Shown: one piece after another, positions 51,724 to 64,000 of the stretch | Layout: every line of letters starts with the position of its first letter | Numbering within the stretch: the first letter of the stretch is position 1 | From: Mizuhopecten yessoensis | Lineage: Eukaryota | Assembly (NCBI RefSeq): GCF_002113885.1 | Contig: NW_018407219.1 | Coordinates: 649,218 to 713,217 of the forward strand | Direction of reading: 5' to 3' | DNA: 64,000 bases | Position numbers and translations under genes: made by a program | Notes under the pieces: generated by a model | The model's input: the letters and a program-made list of their open reading frames with translations, nothing else | Told to the model about the DNA's origin: nothing | Databases searched by the model: none

Positions 51724-54435
51724 TATATATAGACTTCAACAAATTACCGTAAGACTTCAAAGCAGGATTTTCCCTTTCATGAATGAAATATCTTTCTTTT
51801 GAATTGGCTATAGCAAAATATTTGCTATATTGAGGTTTGAGATTCATTAGAGATAAAAATAGTAATAAAGGTCATAAGGTTCAGAATACCCGTCCCTCAA
51901 ATTAGTCAACTGATAACTACAGACCGAGATTAAGGTAGATAGGCCTCTACAATGTGGCCTTTTCCCAAATGCTTCTTGTTCCATGTCCTTATCAATCCCT
52001 ATTTGGCACATTCCATCTAGAAAATATCATAATCCCAAGCATACTGTGTGATGAATTTATTGATAAATACTTGTAGGTCAATGAAACCTATCAGAACTCT
52101 GACCAAGATTTGAACTGGTCAAGAAAGGAAATGACAAATGGAGAAACCTGGAATTAATTAGAGCCCTTTATTGTAATATTTATGTGTTACCATGGCAACT
52201 GGGTACGATGAATCATTCTAGATCCCAAATGAGGAGTGTAAAACCTGAAGGACTCCACTGTGGTGTTTTGTATATACAGAGTATTATCCCCTTCACTCCG
52301 TTTTGGCTACGTAACTGTAGCAAGACTAGGCTAGGATACTGCCGTAAACAATAGGCTAAGCTCAGTTGGTTAGAGACAGTATAATGATCAGTGGTTTAGG
52401 AATCCAGTCCTTGTCTTTCATCTTAAAAATGTTTTCATAAAAGTCCCACAAGATAAGGTTTCATGTCGAGAAAATAATACAACAGTTGGCAATACCAATT
52501 GCAAACAAAGTGTACCCAAGGCCAGAAGGACATACGAAACTGGCATACTTAAAATCCTTCTGTTGCATTTTTGTATCTAAATATATGAAAATCTGGTAAT
52601 GCAAGGAGAAGCAACAACATTTAATGTTCTTCGTTACTCAGTAAAGTTGAAAATCATTTCTGGAATGTGGTGAAAAGAGAAAACATACTGCATTTGACCA
52701 ACTTAAGCTAAAACAATATATGTACATCTTATTTCATATTTATCCTTAACTTCATGACCTTCAAAAAATTGATTTTCATGTGAATTTTCTCCCTTTTTAT
52801 ACACATTAAGTTATTTTAAACCATGAAAATAGACACTGAAATTGCCCCTGTTTGCCAATCATACAAATTGATTCATCTTACACCATTAAAACCAACGATA
52901 TTTGTATTGTTCATTAATTAATTGATTTTGCTATTAGAGTTTAAATATTGACAAAGTCTCATCTGAGAATCCTGTCATATTTGACTATTATATGTGGAAA
53001 CTGTCGATCAATCAGAAAGCTGGCAATGTATAATATAAATATTGGCCAAGTTTCATCAGAATCCAGTCATATTTGACAAAAGTTATTGTTTAGAAACTGT
53101 CAATCAATCAGAGCACAGTACGCTAATTAATTATTTGCAGATTTTGTGCAAGTTTGAAATTAGCCTTCAGCTTCATATAATGTGCATTCATACCAAGTTT
53201 TATTAAAATTGAATGATATTTAAGCAAGTTATTATCTTGTTGAAACATAAGTGTTGACAGACAGACATAATTAAGCTCCCCATACCATAATACATATTAT
53301 GTTGACGGGTGTATAAAAACAATTCAAAGCACATGCAATTTGATTTGCTACTATCATGACAATACAGTACTGTAGCAGCAAAACTAAGCTGCATGTGCTA
53401 CAAATCGAGGGTTGCAATTGGTATATTAAGGAACAGAGTATTGATTAAGATTAAGTGATCCTGAGGTCTCCAATGTAACATGTTACACAAGGGCGTTAAG
53501 CTGATCTTATAACAGTGTCTTGTCTGCCTCTTTAAACTCCTATTAAAGTAGATCCAGCCTTGTACTTTTAATTTAAGCAGTTCTACAGAATGTCTGGTCA
53601 ACTTCTTTCTGTGACTCTGTCCTCAAACATCCAACAATATTATGCTGGATCTACAGCGTTGAGGTCAGAGGTTAACGGAATTCCAGTGGATGCTGAATGT
53701 TGTATTAACATGTATGACCCTTGTAACCTCCGCTGTAACACAAATCTCACGGGAGTAATTACAAACCTTAAGTATTTACACAGATTCATGCATTTAGATG
53801 TGTTGTTCATTGAGCGTGGAGTACTCGCTGGTGTAGAGATCACAGCAGTTGTGGGTGCTGATCGTCTGAGTACAGGGGGTTAATGCCGTCCTGACATCGT
53901 GTCTCATTGTGTCTCCTCACCTAGGGTTCACAACATGGCCAAAACCATCAACTACAGGACGTACTGTTGAGTCCCTTGACATTTTTGTCATTCTTGCAAA
54001 CAAACTTGACCTCGGCTCCTGGAAGTACTGGTCAATCACTGGCGATACCGCCAGGACAAATGATGCTGTAAATAGTGTGCAATTCAGACATATCTGACCA
54101 TGTGTGTGTTGTCAACAATACACATTGTCTGGGGTTTTACATACAAGACATTGTAAACTCAATAAATTGAGTTTTACACATAAACTGTTGTTCAGTTTCA
54201 AATAAATCATAATATTGTTATTAATTTTTCTCATATTATTTAACAGTAGTCCAAAGAGGGAAGCAACACTTTCTAACATTAAATAATGTATCAAGTTTTT
54301 GTGTAAACCGCATGAACACCTTCCATTATGCTCATCAAAATTACTACAAAATTAAGACAGTGTCAAGATACAGTTTGCAAAATGCTGCTGTTGTGTGTGA
54401 TGTATTGCCTCCATGAACCTCCCAATTCTCTTCTC

Positions 54436-54867
54436 TTTGACAACCTTATGATCACATGACATTCAAGTAGGGGATGTACGTCCCTATCTATGGTGTTCTC
54501 TACGACTTTGACAACCTTATGATCCCACGACATTCAAGAAGGGGATGTACGCCCTTATCTATCGTGTTATCTACGAATTTGACAACCTTATGATCACATG
54601 ACATTCAAGTAGGGGATGTGTGTCCTTATCTATGGTGTTCTCTACGACTTTGACAACCTTATGATCACACGACATTCAAGAAGGGGATGTACGCCCTTAT
54701 CTATCGTGTTCTCTACGAATTTGACAACCTTATGATCACATGACATTCAAGTAGGGGATGTGTGTCCTTATCTATGGTGTTCTCTACTCTTTGACAACCT
54801 TATGATCACATGACATTCAAGTAGGGGATGTGTGTCCTTATCTATGGTGTTCTCTAGACTTTGACAA
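54436..54867. repeat. 70-71-bp tandem repeat x6 (variant order A-B-A-B-A-A)
   Basis: TTTGACAACCTTATGATC at 54436, 54507, 54578, 54649, 54720, 54790; AAGTAGGGG versus AAGAAGGGG variants. Confidence 0.96.
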
Positions 54868-55149
54868 ATTAAATAACACAATACCTATACAGATGTAAGC
54901 CATTTGACACTACCGGTAATTGTTGGTAATGTAAAAGAGTTGTGTGACTTTTTGGCATCCTTTGTACAGATCGTCATAGATACCAGCTGTGTAACGAAGC
55001 TATATTTAACAGACTGAAAATAAACAGATCTCTTCCTTATCATCTAATCCTGTCACAGTTGGAAGACAATAAACTGTCTTAACACTTGGTAAAAACTGAA
55101 AGTATCCCATTTAGAACTAAAAGAAAATTACAAATTGAATGTCTTGTCG

Positions 55150-55340
55150 CCTAGTGTAATGGCTATAAAGTTGATGTCGAATCCTCTGCGACATATCTGG
55201 GTATTTTGTTAGATTTCTTTCTGGTGAGTCTACTGCCTGCAGTACTATAATTCTGAAAGTTAACAAGAGGTTGAAAATTCTATCGAAAAAGCAAATGTAT
55301 CTCTACAGTCTACAGAAACTCTTGTGGTCTCCTCTTGTTT
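55150..55340 (+). pseudogene. Degenerate CR1/L2-clade LINE RT fragment
   Basis: Pieces CNGYKVDVESSATYLGILLD..LSGES..IILKVNKRLKIL resemble the YLG..LD..L region after the RT core; frameshifted. Confidence 0.6.
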
Positions 55341-56275
55341 CGTGCCCTTAAAGACAAACATAACATAAAATAATGTTATGAGCTTTATTTCAGATTTTTA
55401 TTGTACAGAAAGAGTTTGACTTAATTTTCCTAAAGCCAATACTTGGCCACGGGGTAATAAAATGAAACAAGGGATTCCAGAGGAATATTGGCACCAAGAA
55501 TAAGAAGTTCATACTGCTGTGGATGACACTGTTCTTTCAAAGTGAGGTTGTGGTTTGACCTATTACTGGAACAATACTTAATCTACAACCATGTGAACTT
55601 AAATTTGAAATTTTGAGAAAGATCTGCCTATTATTTATTAGGAGATAGTGATAACAAAAAGGAACTGTCGGAATCCATTTTGTTATTTTCTGATCAGCCT
55701 CTAAATGAAACATGCACAACCTATTATAATCTACATGAAATTTGGTAACAATCTTGGTTTCTGATCAGCCCCAAAACTCCATATGTGTGACTAGGAATGA
55801 TGGGGAACTTTCATGTGAATATTGAGAAGGATCCTTTCCATTTTTCCTGAGAAATAGCAACAAAAACTAACTCCAAAATTCAAGATAGCCACCTGTTGGT
55901 CATCTTGGTGGGTATTTTTTTATTTTTTATGATCAGACCCAAAATTCCATATACAGAACTAAGGACAACAGGGAAACTTAATGTGAAATTTGAAAAAGAT
56001 TTTTCTTCTCATACTTTCCAAGAAATATCGCTAACAATCTTTAACTCACAAAATTTAGTATGGCAATGGACAAAGGGTGATGATGGTGGGCAAAAAGGTA
56101 TGCATGAAATATAGAGTATATTTAATACGGATATATCACAAGTATTTTTAAAGTGGAATTGTAGTTGTTCGGTTTGTGACAAAGTTTACCTAATTTATTA
56201 TCTATAAAATATTTTTTTACCACCTAGAGAATAAAACAGAGGTAAAATTGCATGCCAACAGTGCATACTCCACAG

Positions 56276-56388
56276 TAGCAGACACATCATTGTGTGTTTC
56301 TGGTTTACAGATAGCAGACATATCATTGTGTGTTACTGGTTTACAGATAGCAGACACATCATTGTGTGTTACTGGTTTACAAATAGTA
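56276..56388. repeat. 36-bp tandem repeat x3
   Basis: TAGCAGACACATCATTGTGTGTTACTGGTTTACAGA. Confidence 0.93.
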
Positions 56389-57240
56389 GACTGCAAGATG
56401 ACAGCAGTATCCGGGCAGTCATAGAGAATTAAGGAAACAGGAAAGCCAAAGGGAAACATAAGTCACTTTTCGTAGTCTTTTTATGCACATATTAAAAAAA
56501 AAGATCTGAAAGGAACACTTGAGATATCACATGGATGAAGAAATAAAATATGTTTCTTTTCTATTTTAACAATAGCAACTCCTAGACTTTGATGTCAATT
56601 CAAAGGGCAAAGGGCACCCTGCCCCGCACTGCCCCGCCCTGCCCTGCCCTGCCACCACCACAAAAGAGGAATGAAAGTAGGGAAAAGATAAATCTCTATA
56701 GAATGGGTGAGACAGGGAAAGACAGTGAACTTGTGCACACTATTTTCTGAAAATATCAATACTTCAAAAAAGGATTGCCTCATCATTTTGATAAACATGT
56801 TTAAAAGTGACAGCAATGTTTGTATTTGGTTGCTTTCTTGAACAAGTTTTAAAAATGGAGAAAAATAATCAATAATAACTGAAAAGCAAAACAAAAATAT
56901 GCAAGATTAGTTTTTTCACTGTCTTGGTTAGACCGTGAACATCCTATTCTCATGACTTTTCTACCTTCATCACTCAGCCATGAAGGATTTTATTAGTCTT
57001 TTACTCTCAACAAGTTTTTCTGCGAAAAATGAGATATTTACTCTATTATAATCAGAATTTTTTACTTTCTGAAATTATTTTGACAGTAATAAGAATATTT
57101 AAAAAATAAAATTCAAAAATAAAACCCTGATATCACGATTGTTTTGTGATGTGGTAATCTATGATTGTGTTATTGCTATGTCAGTATGTATAGAGTCTGG
57201 CATTTTGACATTTTACTGTATTAGGTGTGCTTATCTATGA

Positions 57241-58478
57241 TGTGACAGGGTATTATTTATATTTTATTGTTTTATAATATGTATTAGGACATGCTTTGAC
57301 TATGTCATTATATTTGCTTACAATTATTGGGTCAGAGTGTGCTTATTTATCTAATAATGTATTAATGTGTTTTATTTGTATTTATAGTTTGTATGAGTAT
57401 TAGTTGGATAGATAGATATATATATATGTGCTTGACACAGTGAGTTGTACTCACCGGTATGTTATATAAATGCAATCTTACCATATATGGAAAACTCGTG
57501 TGTTCATAATAAGATCCATACTTTGACCTTTGACATAACCTGCATGACTTAGACCATCTGATTGGCTGGATACCATCTAGGGAGGGAAAGTTCAATATGA
57601 TTTTATGTAGATACATAGTTCTTTGTTAGGCAGAAGATATTAGGATATTGGAGAGGAAGGAAGGGTCACATCAGGAGTAGAAATTGGGGATTGGGAGGCA
57701 AGTTTATTTTATTAGTATATCATTATCGTTGTAGTAATTGTAAGTAATTTATTGTTTGGATTATAAATGTTAAACAATAAATTGCTATGAAGTAAATGTA
57801 TCTTTTTAAATATAAGGTAATGCTGTTGTTCTCAAGGATAAGTATTGGTTGAGTGTAGAATCTGTACGTCTACAAAGTTGCCAAATAGCATTTTCAATTT
57901 TTATCATTGACAAATGTGTTCAATAGGTTTTGTATTTTATTTTCATTTAGAATCATGAGTGAAATTGAGAATAGGTTTTGTATTTTATTTATTTAGAATC
58001 ATGAGTGAAATTGAGATGTGAGACAACAGATTAAGAACAGATTGAGATAGACATATACCTCTACACCATATGTATAGAGTGAGTTTATGAATTCTAGAGT
58101 CTTATATATATATGTAGATCTGTGTATCTTATATTTATGAATAAGGGAAGTAGCTTTAATGCAATCCTTGGTCAGTGGTGTAATTTATGGTATTAATATG
58201 ATCAAAGTATTTAACAGTGCTATATAAGTAATGTTAAAATATATAAATGTGGTTGTAAATTATAAAGATTTCCTATATTTCTTATCTGGTAAGAAATGTA
58301 AAAGTGCCAACTCGTTAATCTGTAATGTGAAAGAGTTGTGTCCGTTGACTTAGTGTGCAGGAGTATAAATGTATGTCTTTGTTTTGTTGTAGGCTAGTTT
58401 ATAGATGTTGTAATAAAGCAACAACCATTTGAAGAGGCCAGAGTTTTGATTTTTGTTTTTTCCACCAGGCCTGTTACA
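57241..58478 (+). mobile_element. Probable solo LTR (Gypsy-like)
   Basis: TG...CA ends with inverted termini TGTGACAGG / CCTGTTACA; AATAAA at 58412; flanks ATGA / GTGA (4-bp TSD, 1 mismatch). Confidence 0.55.
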
Positions 58479-58920
58479 GTGATACTCTCAGTCATTGTTA
58501 ATGGCGATTCGAGTTACAGGTATATATATATATATATATATATAATATGCAGTAATAGAGTGCTAGCTTGTGAAATGTCTCTATGATTTCTGACATATGA
58601 CTATACTGATTTGGCACACTGTACGTGGCTTAGTGAATTGTTTTCAGCGATTTATAGACTAGACACCAGCCATAAGTTACACCCTTTGCTTGACAAAAGA
58701 AACATACGTTTTTGAAAGCTCAAAAATTTAAGTTTTCAATTCCTTTTTTGTGTTCAAAACAAACTAAGCATTTACTTGATAAATTTATTACGAATATCAG
58801 ATATTCTGTGTTTAGCATGGTCTACCTAAGTTTTTGTAATAAAGAATGCCAACAGACCAAAGTAAAACAGGTTATAAGTGGGAATGTATTGTAACACAAG
58901 GAACATACAATAACAGCAGT

Positions 58921-60770
58921 ATACTGTTCACTAGTCAGCCACAGTGCCAGTAATTAACTGTTCACAAGTCAGCCACAGTACCTGAGCCTTTAACTGTTCA
59001 CAAGTCAGCAACAGTACCAGTCATGAAATGTTCAAAAGTCAGCCACAGTACCAGTCATGAAATGTTCACTAGTCATCCACAGTGCCAGTAATTAACTGTT
59101 CACAAGTCAGCCACAGTACCAGCCTTTAACTGTTCACAAGTCAGCCACAGTACCAGTCATGAACTGTTCAAAAGTCAGCCACAGTACCAGTCATTAACTG
59201 TTCACTAGTCAGCCACAGTACCAGTCATTAACTGTTCACTAGTCGGCCACATTACAAGTCATTAACTGTTAACTAGTCAGCTACAGTTTCAGTCATTAAC
59301 TGTTCACTAGTCGGCCACAGTACCCGTCATGAACTGTTCACAAGTCAGCCACAGTTTCAGCCATTGACTGTTCACTAGTAAGTCACAGAACCAGTCATTA
59401 ACTGTTCACAAGTCAGCCACAGTTTCAGTCATTAACTCTTTACTAGTCAGTCACAGTACCAGTCATACTGTTCACTAGTCAGTCACAGTTTCAGTCATAC
59501 TGTTCACTAGTCAGCCACAGTACCTGAGCCATGAACTGTTCACTAGTCAGCCACAGTTCCAGTCATACTGTTCACTAGTCAGCCACAGTACCTGAGCCAT
59601 GAACTGTTCACTAGTCAGCCACAGTTCCAGTCATCCTGTTCACTAGTTAACCACAGTACCAGCCATGAACTATTCACAAGTCAGTCACAGTTCCAGTCAT
59701 ACTGTTCACTAGTTAACCACAGTAACAGCCATGAACTGTTCACAAGTCAGTCACAGTTCCAGTCATACTGTGCACTAGTCAGCCACAGTACCAGCCATGA
59801 ACTGTTCACTAGTCAGCCATAGTTCCAGTCATACTGTTCACTAGTTAACCACAGTAACAGCCATGAACTGTTCACAAGTCCGCCACAGTTCCAGTCATAC
59901 TGTTCACTAATCAGCCACAGTACCAGCCATGAACTGTTCACTAGTCAGCCATAGCTCCAGTCATACTGTTCACTAGTTAACCACAGTACCACCCATGAAC
60001 TGTTCACTAGTCAGTCACAGTTCCAGTCATACTGTTCACTAGTTAACCACAGTAACAGCCATGAACTGTTCACAAGTCAGTCACAGTTCCAGTCATACTG
60101 TTCACTAATCAGCCACAGTCCCAGCCATGAACTGTTCACTAGTCAGTCACAGTTCCAGTCATACTGTTCACTAGTTAACCACAGTAACAGCCATGAACTG
60201 TTCACAAGTCCGCCACAGTTCCAGTCATACTGTTCACTAATCAGCCACAGTCCCAGCCATGAACTGTTCACTAGTCAGCCATAGTTCCAGTCATACTGTT
60301 CACTAGTCAGCCACAGTACCAGCCATGAACTGTTCACAAGTCGGTCACAGTTCCAGTCAAACTGTTCACTAGTCAACCACAGTACCAGCCATTAACTCTT
60401 TACTAGTCAGTCACAGTACCAGTCATACTGTTCACTAGTCAGTCACAGTTCCAGTCATGAACTGTTCACTAGTCAGCCACAGTTCCAGTCATGAACTGTT
60501 CACTAGTCAGCCACAGTACCAGCCATGAACTGTTCACTAGTCAGCCCCAGTACCAGCCATGAACTGGTCACTAGTCAGCCATAGTTCCAGTCATACTGTT
60601 CACTAGTCAGCCACAGTACCAGCCATGAACTGTTCACAAGTCAGCCACAGTACCAGTCATACTGTTCACAAGTCAGCCACAGTACCAGTCAGGAACTGTT
60701 CACAAGTCAGCCACAGTTCCAGTCATACTGTTCACAAGTCAGCCACAGTACCAGTCATACTGTTCACTGT
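58921..60770. repeat. Minisatellite, 32-36-bp unit (ACTGTTCACTAGTCAGCCACAGTACCAGTCATGA), ~55 copies; central 66-bp dimer
   Basis: Direct periodicity; alternating 32- and 34-bp units over ~59540-60390. Confidence 0.98.
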
Positions 60771-62232
60771 ATGGTTATTATGCAACTGTTCAAATTACAA
60801 AATATTGCTGTTGTTTCACATTAAAACCTTCTGAAATGTTTTATTTCTTTGTGTGGTTTTTACATAAGAGCCACTCATCAAAAGGAGTAAGACATCAACT
60901 ACAATCTTACAAGTAAAATCTGACATGCAATGAGGGGATCCATTCACACCTATGGAATCATTTCTCTTCTGGTAGAAATGAAGCTATCTCTATTGACTTT
61001 TTACAATGTTATACAAAAATAAACCTGACATAAATTTGTTTCAAGAACAAAAATACAAGTCTGTCTCTGCAAAATTAAATTGCTATAAAATAGAAGTTCA
61101 GTTCATTTTATGGTTGATTTGTATATTTGAAAAAACTTTTTTTTTCTTTTTCTACATGTATATTTATTTTAAGATTTAAAATCTCTCAATGCGTAACACG
61201 TTTAGCTGAGTAGACCAGAAGTAGGTAACATGCTATTTAAGTCTGAATGGTCCCTAGTAATGTTTACTCTGAATACATACAATGCTTTGGCAACATGATT
61301 AAATTTCAATGTGGCAGCTTGGTATAGACACAGGACATTTCTAGATTCCCAAGCTACAGCGATTACTCTGACCGATGTAGGCTACAGCGATCACTCTGAC
61401 TGATGCTAGCACAAGGAAAATTGCATTCTTTTCCGTTTCTGAAAACTCTCTGCACACAAAAATAACTTCACACTGCTTCTCCACTTATCTCGGTTGTAAA
61501 ACCTCAATTTGAACAGCTATTTGGAATTCTTTTTAACCATCAATCAAAACTCAAAATGGATTTTTGGAGATAGGACTTGATGAAGATACGTTATGATTGG
61601 CTAATAATGCAGCGATTGATTGACAAGAAAAATGGCAGAATCGCTGATGAAGACTGCAGAGAGATAATAAACTTTTCACCTCTTGGAACACAATTTGTTG
61701 GAGCTTGAGACCCATTACCTGTCTATACAGTGAAGTAGATTTGTCTGTTGTAGATATATTTCTTATAAACAATGAGATGAACATTACTATGCTTAGACTT
61801 TTTGTGTAATCAGTATATATGTTTCCTTGGCAATATTTTACTTTGGTATGGGTTTTTTTCTGTACCAAACAACTGTTTTTGACACAAGAACATAATAAAA
61901 ATTTAAACAAGTGAATTCAAACAGGTTCAACAGGAAAGGACACTTAATTCTTCAAAAAGCTGTATTTTATCATTACAATTATTAATACAACCCACCCCCA
62001 CCCCCTAAGCAAATGTAAGCTGTAGGGCAAAGGAGACACTGTGTATGGCATCAGTTACTGTAAGTACTCATGTTAGCATTAAAATTTAAACAGATAAGCA
62101 CATTGATTAATTGGGACACTCACAATATATGTGACAGGAAACTATATATACAGAAACTTCAGGTGCTTTAATCATAAATTGGCCAAAAAAACTGCTAAAA
62201 AAAGGATACTGATAAAAGTTGTATGTTTACAA

Positions 62233-63570
62233 GATAGTAGCTGTCCCATCACAAATTCTACAGTAATTAGATAGTGGCTGCCCCATCACAGATTCTACAG
62301 TATAGAGGGTGGCTGTCCTATCACAGATTCTACAGTATAGAGGGTGGCTGTCCCATCACAGATTCTATAGTATAGATAGTGGCTGTCCCATCACAGATTC
62401 TACAGTATAGATAGTAGCTGTCTCATCACAGATTCTACAGTATAGATAGTAGCTGTCCCATCACAGATTCTACATTATAGACGGTGGCTGTCCCATCACG
62501 GATTCTACAGTATAGACGGTGGCTGTCCCATCAGATTCTACAGTATAGATAGAAGCTGTCCCATCACAGATTCTACAGTAATTAGATAGTGGCTGTCCCA
62601 TCACAGATTCTTCAGTATAGATAGTGGCTATCTCATCACAGATTCTACAGTATCGAGGGTGGCTCAGTCTCATCACAGATTCTACAGTATAGAGGGTGGC
62701 TGTCCCATCACAGATTCTACAGTATAAATAGTGGCTGTCCCATCACAGATTCTACAGTAATTAGATAGTGGCTGTCCCATCACAGATTCTACAGTATAAA
62801 TAGTGGCTGTCCCATCACAGATTCTACAGTATAAATAGTGGCTGTCCCATCACAAATTCTACAGTATAAATAGTGGCTGTCCCATCACAGATTCTACAGT
62901 ATAGAGGGTGGCTCAGTCTCATCACAGATTCTACAGTATAGATAGTGGCTGTCCCATCACAAATTCTACAGTATATATAGTGGCTGTCTCATCACAGATT
63001 CTACAGTATAGATAGTAGCTGTCTCATCACTGATTCTACAGTATAGACGGTGCATGGCTGTCCCATCACAGATTCTACAGTATAGATAGTGGCTGTCCCA
63101 TCACAAATTCTACAGTATAAATAGTGGCTGTCCCATCACAGATTCTACAGTATAGATAGTGGCTGTCCCATCACAGATTCTACAGTATAGAGGGTTGCTG
63201 TCCCATCACAGATTCTACAGTATAGAGGGTGGCTGTCCCATCACAGATTCTACAGTACAGAGGGTTGCTGTCCCATCACAGATTCTACAGTATAGGGGGT
63301 TGCTGTCCCATCACAGATTCTACAGTATAGATAGTGGCTGTCCCATCACAGATTCTACAGTATAGATAGTGGCTCAGTCTCATCACAAATTCTACAGAAT
63401 AGATAGTGGCTGTCCCATCACAGATTCTACAGTATAGATAGTGGCTGTCCTATCACAGATTCTACGGTATAGAGGGTGGCTGTCTCATCACAGATTCTAC
63501 AGTATAGAGGGTGGTTGTTCCATCACAGATTCTACAGTATAGAGGGTGGTAATGTTCCATCACAGATTCC
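62233..63570. repeat. Minisatellite, 35-bp unit (GATAGTGGCTGTCCCATCACAGATTCTACAGTATA), ~37 copies
   Basis: Direct periodicity; decays into degenerate copies up to ~63630. Confidence 0.98.
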
Positions 63571-63791
63571 TCTATATGAAACATCAAATATTCTCCTATC
63601 AGACAGAACGCTATTTTATCACAGATTCTATTGTATGTCAGGAAGCGTATTTCATAACTCAACCTTTCATCCGATGGGTAAAAGTGCAAAGCACTAATAT
63701 GTATGTCATTGTATAATAGATAAACACAGGAAGTCTGTGTGTCAGGCCCTTAGTATTGAGGTGTCTAATTGTATGGTATACCATTAGCCAT

Positions 63792-64000
63792 TACCGTAAA
63801 TTAGCTGGTAGAGTGCGCACTTGGGTATAGTGCGCAGGTACGTTTTTGGGGTCAGATTTGAAAATTTAAAAAAATAATGAAAAAAAAATGAAAAAAAAAA
63901 TCATGAATGTAACCGGTATCAGACTGGAAAAGTACCATCAAAGGTAGCTTGGTGTTTATAATGCCGATTAATTAACGATTGATTTATTGGAGTGAACAGG
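63792..64000. mobile_element. Left end of a pogo/Tigger-like TIR element (cut by window edge)
   Basis: TA|CCGTAAA terminus followed by twice-repeated AGTGCGCA; partner end not in the window. Confidence 0.45.

Noticed and set aside
52315-52410. tRNA-like AGCTCAGTTGGTTAGAG
   Set aside because: Only the A-box/D-arm is present, with no acceptor stem or intact T-arm; a decayed SINE-type head, not a tRNA gene
23575-63570. Shared ACAG/ACAGT motif among many minisatellite units
   Set aside because: A 4-5-mer on either strand of 35-80-bp units is often expected by chance; not distinguishable without a statistical test

Overview
AT-rich eukaryotic genomic DNA with one 142-N scaffold gap (27865-28006). 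The repeat families present (Helentron-type HINEs, TTAA/Kolobok-like, CR1/L2 fragments) suggest a bivalve mollusc; this is inference. I found no intact host protein-coding gene, rRNA, tRNA gene or CRISPR array, so the window reads as a large intron or gene desert. About 16 kb (~25%) is made of ~18 mutually unrelated minisatellite arrays with units of 24-90 bp. These arrays produce nearly all the long ORFs in the track, which I treat as artefacts. The rest holds many dead or non-autonomous mobile elements: a Tc1/mariner with perfect TIRs and a decayed transposase (50354-51723), a CCCAG-terminated EnSpm/CMC-like element (28828-31453), a TTAA-flanked Kolobok-like element with a nested Harbinger-like MITE (921-2396), three HINEs, a hairpin MITE with a 9-bp TSD, a probable solo LTR, LINE fragments and a SINE. 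The two most notable observations are a 217-bp near-perfect palindrome with an intact minimal hammerhead ribozyme core on each strand (35532-35748, Penelope-like), and a three-piece templated insertion inside a SINE, built from locally copied DNA (46564-46783).
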